A stretch of 53,957 nucleotides of DNA from NCBI GenBank assembly GCA_965659025.1, contig CBFHTW010000002.1, positions 1 to 53,957 of the forward strand, written 5' to 3'. The position numbers were made by a program, and so were the translations under genes. This DNA is from Minisyncoccia bacterium (lineage in GTDB: Bacteria; Patescibacteriota; Minisyncoccia; Phycocordibacterales; UBA2100). Below the pieces are notes generated by a model that saw nothing but the letters and a program-made list of their open reading frames with translations, ran no database searches and was not told where the DNA came from. Positions within the stretch are counted from its first letter, which is position 1. Every line of letters starts with the position of its first letter. Of this stretch, positions 9,747-17,461 are shown one piece after another.

Positions 9747-10214
9747 TCATACTTTTGATTTGTTGCGATATTTCCTCCTAAGTACTTTTCCTTCTTGTGC
9801 TCGCTTACTGAGTGCGCGGTGCGGCCTCCCATTACCGCGATTTAATCCCGCAAATGTTGGACTTAGTGCATCACAATTGGGACAGAGTAGGCGAAGGTTG
9901 CTTTCAATATTGTTTCGCCAATTACCATCAATATGGTCGGCCACTAATGGAACCTCCCCGGTTCTTGTATTTATCTTTGACCAGCCGCATATACAACACT
10001 TATTCCCAAATTTTTTACGCAAATATATTTTTATGGAGGTGGAGACCACGCCAATACTTTGTAAGCCAAGGATCTCCCCGTCCTGCCATTTCTTTATGTA
10101 CATTTGTCGCTGGTATTCAAGTTGGCATACGTTGCTACAATACTTGTAGTAGGAGCGATCTGGCTCCTTTCCACAACGTAAACATGGTGTGCGAGGTTTC
10201 TTCAGATGAACCAT
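9747..10214 (-). CDS. HNH endonuclease
   Basis: CxxC...CxxC zinc knuckles and ADHIDGNWRNNIESNLRLLCPNCDA (the H-N-H core). It is AT-richer than the flanking DNA. Confidence 0.8.
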   Translation of the reverse strand: MVHLKKPRTPCLRCGKEPDRSYYKYCSNVCQLEYQRQMYIKKWQDGEILGLQSIGVVSTSIKIYLRKKFGNKCCICGWSKINTRTGEVPLVADHIDGNWRNNIESNLRLLCPNCDALSPTFAGLNRGNGRPHRALSKRAQEGKVLRRKYRNKSKV

Positions 10215-10292
10215 GCAGGCATCATACCATGGTATCTATATAAAAATGGTCTGCAGTTGATTGAGACACGCACACATCGGAGCTCTTTGAAA

Positions 10293-10336
10293 CTTGAGTC
10301 TCTATTAAAACACGCTCGAACCTATGTTAGCCAGCA
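10293..10336 (+). repeat. inverted repeat A (left end of element; attL-like arm)
   Basis: cttgagtctctattaaaacacgctcgaacctatgttagccagca matches the reverse complement of 17153-17196 at 43/44 positions. Weaker similarity (ttgacttc...gcacg) continues inward for ~25 nt. Confidence 0.9.
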
Positions 10337-11192
10337 TTCTGATTGACTTCGCACGCTCCGCGTGCGTGGTGGCTTGCAACTTTTTCGTACGCCCCGCTCG
10401 CGCGGTGACTCTCCGGCGCGCGGAGTACCGCGTCGCCGGTCGCCGCCCCCACCGATGGATGGCCGGGCCACCCGTTCTTTGCCCATTCGTTTTCCCCCGC
10501 CGATTTTTCATGCATGAGGAAAAGAACGGGTGTCCGGCCTCCTGTTTTTCGTGGGGGGCGGCGCAAACCCCGAACGGCTCACTTCTTCCCATTTGAGCCG
10601 TTGGCTTTAAAGAAGTGAGCCGTTCGATGCGGAATCCTGAGCCGTTGCGAATGGCTCAGGATAGCAAGTTGATGAGCCGTTGAACGGCTCAAGAAAATGC
10701 AGAACTCAAATCCAAGTGGTGCCTTCGTTCATGCTATTTGGTGGCGTCCAGCCCATGGGGTCCATCCTCGGCATCCGCCTCGGACATTTCCGCTAGGGCT
10801 ACTCGGGCCTAGATGTCTAGGTAGCGTGCTTTTCCTCGCCAGTGCCGCCTGCGGGCGGCTGGCTCGGGCACGCAACTGTTTGGGGGGAGGAAGGAATCCT
10901 CCCCCCAGCTCCTCCTCGCCTCGCGCGTCCGCTTCGCGGCGCGCCCGGCAGAGCCGGGCAGGGCTCGGCCAACCGTCGTCGCCAACCCCCATCCTCGTTT
11001 TCAAAAGTGTGTTCGTGGCAAGATTCTTGAGTCCGTTTTGCAAACTAACGGCGGCGCTCATCCAAGGGCGTGGACGCCCTAGCGGAAATGTCCGAGGCGC
11101 GAAGCCGATGCGCTTGCCCCACACCACCCATGCGCGCGCAAACCCGCCGTCTCCAGCTTGCTTCGCGCCGGAGACGGCGGGGCTCCCCGTGG
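10337..11192. other. GC-rich, helix-dense noncoding region (candidate large structured RNA and/or origin-like region)
   Basis: ORFs here are only Arg/Pro/Gly-rich frames typical of noncoding GC-rich DNA. It holds many long perfect stems, including a 22-bp long-range pair (10778-10799 with 11076-11097), 12+6 bp (10461-10480 with 10521-10539) and 17 bp (10571-10587 with 10610-10626). Confidence 0.5.
10571..10691. repeat. iteron-like array of TGAGCCGTT
   Basis: Direct copies lie at 10594, 10616, 10638 and 10673 (spacings 22, 22 and 35 bp). Inverted copies AACGGCTCA lie at 10573 and 10683, with an imperfect one at 10650. Confidence 0.8.
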
Positions 11193-11663
11193 TCAGTACT
11201 TAAAATCCCCCGTACCTTTTCCTTTCTCCTCGTCGTTATACTCGCTCCGAAACTTCTTCCACGATTTCTCCAGCCGGAACATCTTCACGCGAGAGTCGGT
11301 ATATCTTCCGATGATGTCGTCTACAAGCCCCTGGTCGAATTTTGAGCCGTACAGGCCTTTCACATGTTCGAGGTAGACGACCATCTTGTTCGCACCAGCC
11401 ATCGCTTTTTCCAAATATCCGACGCCGAGCGCGAAGTCCGCGAATCGTAGCGAATGAGCTTCGGCGACCAGAAGCGGCACGGACATCGCACAATCCACCA
11501 GCCGCTCGGCATACGCATATTTCTGCCGCACGAGATTCGGCATCAAATCTTTCGATATCAACACGGCGCACTCAATAGTTTTTTGGTAGATTTCGAGATC
11601 GCGAAACGTGCGGACAGGTTTTTTTGGCTTAAACGAATATTGCTTCTTGTCGTAGTACGCCAT
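11193..11663 (-). CDS. four-helix-bundle protein (23S rRNA IVS protein / Avd-like family)
   Basis: The N-terminal FRDLEIYQKTIECAVLISKDL and predicted all-helical composition match the four-helix-bundle (PF05635-like) family. Confidence 0.7.
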   Translation of the reverse strand: MAYYDKKQYSFKPKKPVRTFRDLEIYQKTIECAVLISKDLMPNLVRQKYAYAERLVDCAMSVPLLVAEAHSLRFADFALGVGYLEKAMAGANKMVVYLEHVKGLYGSKFDQGLVDDIIGRYTDSRVKMFRLEKSWKKFRSEYNDEEKGKGTGDFKY

Positions 11664-11672
11664 ACAGGATAG

Positions 11673-13034
11673 TCAGACTATCGTAACTTTTTCCGCGCCC
11701 TCGCGCGGCACCACTGCCTTCGTGCCATCTTTAAAGTGCACGATGCGCTTGCGCTTCGTTTTGCCGGCTTTGTTTTTGCTCTGGAGTTTCTTAACGACAT
11801 GCAGCGGGAAGAACTGGTAGTAATCTTTCTCGTCGAACCATGCGCAGGTGAATTCAAAGAGGCGCAATCCAGTGAGGCGCGAGAGCGCGAGCGCGTACCA
11901 GGTCAGCTGCTCGATCGGCCGCTCTTTTGCGGCCTTCGGCTTGTAATCGAGGATGTGCACTTGGCCGTTCCGTATTTGCACGATGTCGATGTGGCCGGTT
12001 AAAAGCCGCGGCAATGACTCTTCTTGCTTGCCGCCCTTGAATTTTACGAGCCCGTTGTCCGTCACCTTGAAATTCAACACGTTCTCCATATGCGCTACAT
12101 CCTCGCGACGGATAAACACCGGCACCTCCGTCGCGACGGTCACGCTGTCGTTCGCGAGGAAAAAACGCTGCACCGCCTCGTGCCGCTCCTTGTTTTCCGG
12201 TACCGCCTGCAAGACAAACGCCGCGAGGCGGTTGGCGTAGTTCGTCTTCGATTTCACTATCATGTCGGCCGTGTCGAATTTCGACCGCACGTCGCTCATG
12301 CGCTCGCCGTCGGCGAAATACTGATGCGGCGTCTCGCTCGATACCGCGTCGAGATATTCCTTCACGCGCTTCAGATTACGGTTCTTGAATTCCTCCAGCA
12401 TGAGCCGCGTCTTTGCGCGGTGATAGCGAAAACGATAGAGCTGCCGGTGCGCCATAGTAACGACCTCCACCATATCCTTCGGGCGATACATTTTCGTCGC
12501 GTACGGCCGCAACCGCTCAAAGCGGCACAGCTGCTTGTGCTCCTCGATCCACGCGGACAAAGTTTCTGGTTCCGGCGCGACACCGAATTTCTTTTTCAAG
12601 ATCGCGCACGTTTCTTCCAGAGTGAGACCGAGATTGTAGTAGCTCATGCCTTCGATCACAATGCGGAGCGGAAACTGCTTGCCTTTCAGATCCTGTGCCG
12701 TGAACGTGCGGCCGCAATCGGGAAGATTTTTGCACAGGTACAGCTGTACTTGTTGGTGTTTGTTCTTCCGCACGCCGCGCTTTACGAATTTTGTCGAGTC
12801 GCAGTACGGGCAGCGTTCGGCTCCGCGTTGGCGGAAGTTATTTTCCGATTGGTCGACAGATTCTGGTCCTGGTTTTTCTTCGGGATTCGGGGATTCAGCG
12901 TAAACCGACTTTACAGCGTCGGCACTGGAGCGACTAGCCATATCACGGCCTTCCGAGGTAAAAATCTCACGAGTTTCCCGCTTTTTCGAGTTTACCCCCG
13001 CTATTCGTGATATGAACGCGAGCAGTTTTTTCAT
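11673..13034 (-). CDS. zinc-ribbon + HTH + C-terminal PD-(D/E)xK (RecB/Cas4-like) nuclease domain protein
   Basis: CPYCDSTKFVKRG...LYLCKNLPDCGRTF is an IS1-type Zn ribbon. GHIDIVQIRNGQVHILDYKPK has the D...D/E-x-K pattern, followed by QLTWYALAL (the Q-x3-Y of RecB-family nucleases). Confidence 0.6.
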   Translation of the reverse strand: MKKLLAFISRIAGVNSKKRETREIFTSEGRDMASRSSADAVKSVYAESPNPEEKPGPESVDQSENNFRQRGAERCPYCDSTKFVKRGVRKNKHQQVQLYLCKNLPDCGRTFTAQDLKGKQFPLRIVIEGMSYYNLGLTLEETCAILKKKFGVAPEPETLSAWIEEHKQLCRFERLRPYATKMYRPKDMVEVVTMAHRQLYRFRYHRAKTRLMLEEFKNRNLKRVKEYLDAVSSETPHQYFADGERMSDVRSKFDTADMIVKSKTNYANRLAAFVLQAVPENKERHEAVQRFFLANDSVTVATEVPVFIRREDVAHMENVLNFKVTDNGLVKFKGGKQEESLPRLLTGHIDIVQIRNGQVHILDYKPKAAKERPIEQLTWYALALSRLTGLRLFEFTCAWFDEKDYYQFFPLHVVKKLQSKNKAGKTKRKRIVHFKDGTKAVVPREGAEKVTIV

Positions 13035-13039
13035 GGTTT

Positions 13040-16000
13040 TTACTCCGTCGCAGGAGTTTCGGCGGACGCGGTGTTTTCGGCTGGAGGAGACTCCGGCGCA
13101 GCGTCTTGGGTCGGAATTTCTGCTTCCTCAGGCTCGGATGTTGGCGCGACCAATTCGGTTTCGGCTTCTGGTTCGGTGGGTGCGACAACTTCGGCAGGGG
13201 TCTCTTCAACACTCTCATTCTCGCCAGATTCCGCGAGCTGCTCCTCTTGCGCAGGCACAGGGCTTGGAGCCGGAGGAGGAGGCGGCGTCGAGGAAGGGCT
13301 TGCGGCGGCAGCGCCACCGAGCTGTGATTTGAGGGCAGAGACCTCGGCTTCAAGTTGTTCGATGCGTTCGTCGTGCCCCTGTAAACGCTCGAAAATAAGG
13401 GCTATTTTCTCGCCATATTCCTGCATCTTCACCCACATCTCCTGCATCGCAGAGATGATGAGTGGAATGAATTTATCGTAATCAAGCTGGAAGTACTGCA
13501 CCTCTTCGTCGCCCACGGTCTCAAGGGAAAGCGCTTCGGGAAGGATGGGCATCACTTCCTGCGCGATGAGACCGATGGAGCGCGTGGAAGAGGCGTAGCG
13601 GCCAAGCGTGGGCCAGTGCGAGAGCACTTCCGGATCGGACGCCCGCCAGTCGAAGGCGACGGGATTCAGAGCAAGCACGGCGGCAAGCGAGCTACTTGCC
13701 GACAGTGACGTGATATTGGTCTTGAGGCGTTCATCCGATTCGTTTGCGATGCACGAGGAGGCGGTGTCGTCGCTGTTGGTGTCGACGCAGACGCTTCCAC
13801 CCTTCACTTCCACTTTTCCTTCGTTGGGATTCGTCGTCCCGATGCCGACGTTGCCGCCGCTGAGAATTGTCATTCTTTCCGTGCTATTTGTTCCAAAATG
13901 AAGACCAGTGTTTTCATAATTCCAGACCCAAGCATCTTCAGTAGCCCCCAAAAGAATTTGGAACCCGTCACCGGAAGTAACGCCCGTATCTGCATTAGTT
14001 AGTTGTAGTCGAGCACCCTCATTGGAGCTAGTTTCATGGACGTGCAGTTTCCAAGCCGGGTTCGTCGTACCTATGCCGACGTTGCCGCCACCCCCTTGTA
14101 AAACTAAATTACGCCATCCGCTGGTTGCCTGAAGTGCCTGCAACCAACTATAATCACCATCGTGTACTCCAAACTCCAACTTATTATCTGAATAAATTCC
14201 AGTGCCCGTTGTGATTGCAAAAATACCCTCTGCTCCAGATCCAGTAGGAACAACACTGCTCGTGCCAGTAACCGATAACTTTTGCAATGGACTCGTCGTC
14301 CCGATGCCGACGTTGCCTAAGCTGTCGATGCGCATGCGTTCTGTTATTGTTCCAGCCGCATTACTGGTCCACAGTGCGAACGCGCCACCACTTCCGCTCC
14401 CATCTGCTTGACCTTTGATGATCCCGAAACGTGTCGTGGTAGCCGATGTGTAAAAATTGATGTTGGTAGACCCGACACCGACGAGTCCCAACGTTTGTTG
14501 GTCGTTACTGCTGACAAGTGCGGCGTTCGTTTGCCCCAGCCCATATCCGTATGTCCCCACAGAAAGGAGCGATTGCGGCGTCGTCGTCCCGATGCCGACG
14601 TTGCCACTACCTTTATTCACGACCAGCTGCCCGCTGTTCACATTCAAACCGTAATCGCTTGCAGAGTTGTAGAATTGGCTGAAATCTGAAAAACCATACG
14701 ATGTCCCCTTATAAAATCGAAGTGCACTATATGAACCTACTGCGTCTGAACTGTCAGAAATATGCATCTTCGCCAATGGCCCTGTCGTCCCGATGCCGAC
14801 GTTGCCGCTCGTCGCGATGTACAAGGAAGACGTGGCAGAAAGCGTGTCGGTGCCTGAGAAATACGGGAATTGTCCTGTCGTTCCGGTGATGGGGGCGAGG
14901 TAGTCGGTGCCGGCGACGGCTGCGGTGAGCGCGCTTGAGCCGTTGCCTTTCAGAAGACCGGTGAGCGTTGAGAATATCGGAGCGGCGGAGAACGTTTGCG
15001 CCTGGCTCCAGGTGTTCGCCGTGGTCGTGCCGAACGCGAGCGAGAGCGTGCGGTCGGCGGAGAGGTCGCCGCCGCCTTGGAGCGGATACGTGGTCGAGAT
15101 AAGCCGTGTGCTGTTCGCGGGCGTAAAACCGAGTGCCGCTTGCTTGCTGTTGAAAGTCGTCCAGTCGGCCGACGAGAGGAAGCCACTCGTGCTGCCGGAC
15201 GACTGGGCAACTTGAATCGTCGCGCCTCCGCCGAGAAGCGCATCCGTGCCGCCGGTTATGGTGAGGATGGACGAGCCTGTCTCGGTGAGAGAGCCGCGCG
15301 TGGTGGTGGAAACCGCGCCAGAGCCGTTGCCGAGCAGCACCGTGCCGCTCGCGAGATTGGCCCAGCCGGTGCCGCCGTTGCCCACGGGGAGTATGCCGGT
15401 GACGTTGGACGCGAGGTCCACAAGTGCAGTGGAGAGTACACCTGCCGTCGCTTTGAGGAACCCCGTGAGCGCGGTCGAGACGGTCGAGAGGCCTCCGAGC
15501 GTCGTGATATTCGGGAGCGAAGTCGTCGCCGAAAGCCGATTGTCGAAACGGATATTGGTCCAGTAGAGATTCGTGCTTCCTTCGTCGAGTGCGTCGGTGG
15601 TCGTCGCGTACCAATTCGTGAGAGTGAGACGTGCGTCGAGCGCCGCTTGCAAGTCGGCCTGATCGGAGAGCGTGCCGGTGATAGAGCCCCACGCGGAAGC
15701 GCCCCCTCCCCCGCCGATGCAGACGCCGTTCACCGCGAAGCAGCCGCTCGCAAGATTGAAGCCATTGGCAGCGGTCGAGGTCGCGCTGCCGGTGAGATTG
15801 AATCCTGTGGCCTGCACTCCTCCAACAAATGTGGAGGTGGAGGTGTTGGTGGAGACAAGATTGGTGACGGTGGTCGTGCCCGCCGAAAGCGTTCCGGCGC
15901 CCACGATGTTGCCCGCGCCGTCTATCGTAGTCGTCGCCGTGCCGCCGAAGTACGCGGTGCCGAAGTTGGAGAAACGAGTCGAAGATGCGCCGGCGGAAAA

Positions 16001-16879
16001 GAGTTGGAGCGCAGTCCACGTATTCGCGTCGGAGAGCGATGCGCCGCTGCCGCCCGTGATGCCGAGCGAACTGGTCGCGGTGAGCGCGTAGCCGCCTGCG
16101 CCGTCGCCGACGAGCACCTGACCGTATGCGGGCGCCGAAGTGGTGCCGGTACCCCCTTGACTGACTCCGATGGTACCGGAGAATGCCGTCGCCATGACGG
16201 AGCCGCCGGTGATGGTGGGGTTGGTAATCGTGACGTTGGAGAGATTGTCGATGCGTTGCGATTGCGCGACGGCGTTGTATACGGCGGAGGTCTGCGCACT
16301 CTGCGCCGACCCTTGCGAGAAGATAAGCGAGCGGAGTTTGTTTTCAAGACCATTCAATCGGTCGGCGAGAGCGTTTTCCGAAATACCGCCCTGCGTGACG
16401 ACGCGCTCTGTTTCCACGACACGTTCAATAACGGGCTGTTGTATTGTCTGATATACGATTGCCTGTCCCGTTTGAGGTCGTGATGGACTCTCTAATGGGG
16501 TGGTCGTCGCAATAGCGGCGAGAGGCTGGGGCGCAAGGACAGCGGGTACTTCTACGAAGCCATCTCCCGCGGCCACAGGGTACGCGTCCGTGCTATTGCC
16601 AAAAAGACGTCCGAAGAAATCGCGGAGCGTCTCCGCTGCATTCGAGAACGCGCCGCTCGCCGAAGCGACGAGTGCGGGCCGCGAGTCACTCACTGACGCC
16701 GGAGCTGCGGCGAACCCAATGGCGGTCGCGGTGAGAGGGATGGCGATAATCATCGCTGCTACCCAGGAAAGTACCCCCCTTTCACGATTCTTTTTGTGCA
16801 CCTCTGACGCGTGCCAATCTTCCGTCGCGCGGATGGCGTCACGTACCGAAAAAAGCTTACGCTCGTCGCGCGAATTCAT
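13040..16879 (-). CDS. giant membrane-anchored tail-fibre-like surface protein with C-terminal intramolecular-chaperone (peptidase S74-like) domain and Pro/Glu/Thr-rich tail
   Basis: The start is trimmed to MNSRDERK (ATG at 16879), followed by a TM helix. It has five GNVGIGTT modules. SDERLKTNI...LNPVAFDWR...GLIAQEV...LDYDKFIPL is the endosialidase-chaperone/tail-fibre signature. A coiled coil and a low-complexity PAPS/EE tail follow. Confidence 0.75.
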   Translation of the reverse strand: MNSRDERKLFSVRDAIRATEDWHASEVHKKNRERGVLSWVAAMIIAIPLTATAIGFAAAPASVSDSRPALVASASGAFSNAAETLRDFFGRLFGNSTDAYPVAAGDGFVEVPAVLAPQPLAAIATTTPLESPSRPQTGQAIVYQTIQQPVIERVVETERVVTQGGISENALADRLNGLENKLRSLIFSQGSAQSAQTSAVYNAVAQSQRIDNLSNVTITNPTITGGSVMATAFSGTIGVSQGGTGTTSAPAYGQVLVGDGAGGYALTATSSLGITGGSGASLSDANTWTALQLFSAGASSTRFSNFGTAYFGGTATTTIDGAGNIVGAGTLSAGTTTVTNLVSTNTSTSTFVGGVQATGFNLTGSATSTAANGFNLASGCFAVNGVCIGGGGGASAWGSITGTLSDQADLQAALDARLTLTNWYATTTDALDEGSTNLYWTNIRFDNRLSATTSLPNITTLGGLSTVSTALTGFLKATAGVLSTALVDLASNVTGILPVGNGGTGWANLASGTVLLGNGSGAVSTTTRGSLTETGSSILTITGGTDALLGGGATIQVAQSSGSTSGFLSSADWTTFNSKQAALGFTPANSTRLISTTYPLQGGGDLSADRTLSLAFGTTTANTWSQAQTFSAAPIFSTLTGLLKGNGSSALTAAVAGTDYLAPITGTTGQFPYFSGTDTLSATSSLYIATSGNVGIGTTGPLAKMHISDSSDAVGSYSALRFYKGTSYGFSDFSQFYNSASDYGLNVNSGQLVVNKGSGNVGIGTTTPQSLLSVGTYGYGLGQTNAALVSSNDQQTLGLVGVGSTNINFYTSATTTRFGIIKGQADGSGSGGAFALWTSNAAGTITERMRIDSLGNVGIGTTSPLQKLSVTGTSSVVPTGSGAEGIFAITTGTGIYSDNKLEFGVHDGDYSWLQALQATSGWRNLVLQGGGGNVGIGTTNPAWKLHVHETSSNEGARLQLTNADTGVTSGDGFQILLGATEDAWVWNYENTGLHFGTNSTERMTILSGGNVGIGTTNPNEGKVEVKGGSVCVDTNSDDTASSCIANESDERLKTNITSLSASSSLAAVLALNPVAFDWRASDPEVLSHWPTLGRYASSTRSIGLIAQEVMPILPEALSLETVGDEEVQYFQLDYDKFIPLIISAMQEMWVKMQEYGEKIALIFERLQGHDERIEQLEAEVSALKSQLGGAAAASPSSTPPPPPAPSPVPAQEEQLAESGENESVEETPAEVVAPTEPEAETELVAPTSEPEEAEIPTQDAAPESPPAENTASAETPATE

Positions 16880-17152
16880 TGCATATATTGTATCAGTTTT
16901 CCGTGGTCGGGAAACGCAATCTCCCAGTATTAGATGTGAACAAATTGTGGGCCAATTTAAGGCATTTGCCCCCGCCCCGCCGCCCATTCCGCACATTGCA
17001 TTCCCCCGCGAGATTGAAAATGGTGGAGAGCGGCGGGGCGGGAAGAAATACCACGAGGTCGAATCGGACCACTCCAGTACAAAGCCACCACGCGCGCGGA
17101 GCGCGCGCCTGCCCGTCCGTAGCCTCGTGCGAAGGCGGGAAGTCAAGCGTCG

Positions 17153-17196
17153 TGCTGGCTAAAATAGGTTCGAGCGTGTTTTAATAGAGACTCAAG
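17153..17196 (-). repeat. inverted repeat A' (internal copy)
   Basis: The reverse complement matches 10293-10336 at 43/44 positions. Confidence 0.9.
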
Positions 17197-17344
17197 AATC
17201 AAACTCAAAGGGGTTTCGGAAGGCGCAAAACGCGCGGCGCGAAGCGCCGCGTAGGGGGGAATGGGATTTCCGCGCGCTTCGCGCGTCGAAGAGGTTCAAA
17301 AAATACAAATCCGAAAACTTTTTGGAGGGGGTTTTTGGAGGGGA
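17197..17344 (-). repeat. inverted repeat B' (internal copy, contiguous with A')
   Basis: The reverse complement aligns with 19565-19717 over ~150 nt, with a few indels. Shared blocks include cccctccaaaaagttttcgg, cgcgcgaagcgcgcggaaatcccattcccccctacgcggcgc and tttgattcttgag. Confidence 0.85.
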
Positions 17345-17442
17345 AATGCAAATACACAGTGGAGTGCTTGGCCCACCCTCCCGTCCGCGCACGAATACCA
17401 TTCGCTGAAAACAGTGTAATCAGCGAATCTCCCTTAAACGCA

Positions 17443-17461
17443 GAAAAGCCCCGCAGGGCTC
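17443..17461 (-). terminator. Rho-independent terminator-like hairpin downstream of the DUF3800 gene
   Basis: On the minus strand: AGCCC-TGCG-GGGCT followed by TTTTCT. Confidence 0.45.

Noticed and set aside
10571-10691. CRISPR-like array of short repeats
   Set aside because: The repeats are only 9 nt, occur in both orientations, have 13-26 nt between them, and mostly pair with each other. No cas genes are present. This is not a CRISPR array.
10571-10700. Group II intron domain V (GAGCCGT...ACGGCTC hairpins)
   Set aside because: The hairpins are simple perfect stems without the 34-nt bulged domain V architecture. No intron-encoded RT or maturase and no other intron domains were recognised.
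10305-11376. Several 60-170 aa ORFs on both strands in the region between the HNH gene and the four-helix-bundle gene
   Set aside because: They are Arg/Pro/Gly/Ala-rich, mutually overlapping, and lack plausible starts or domains. This pattern is typical of GC-rich noncoding DNA, so the region is treated as noncoding and structured.
14754-16483. Long ORFs of 421 aa (minus strand, alternative frame) and 495 aa (plus strand) overlapping the giant gene
   Set aside because: Both are extremely Arg-rich with no domains, and lie out of frame with or antisense to a gene that has clear tail-fibre motifs. They are artefacts of GC-rich repetitive coding sequence.
11193-17146. Diversity-generating retroelement (Avd-like protein next to a large surface protein and noncoding DNA)
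   Set aside because: No reverse transcriptase ORF exists in the window. The C-terminus of the giant protein is a low-complexity acidic tail rather than a C-type-lectin fold. I found no template/variable repeat pair. An RT in trans elsewhere in the genome cannot be excluded.
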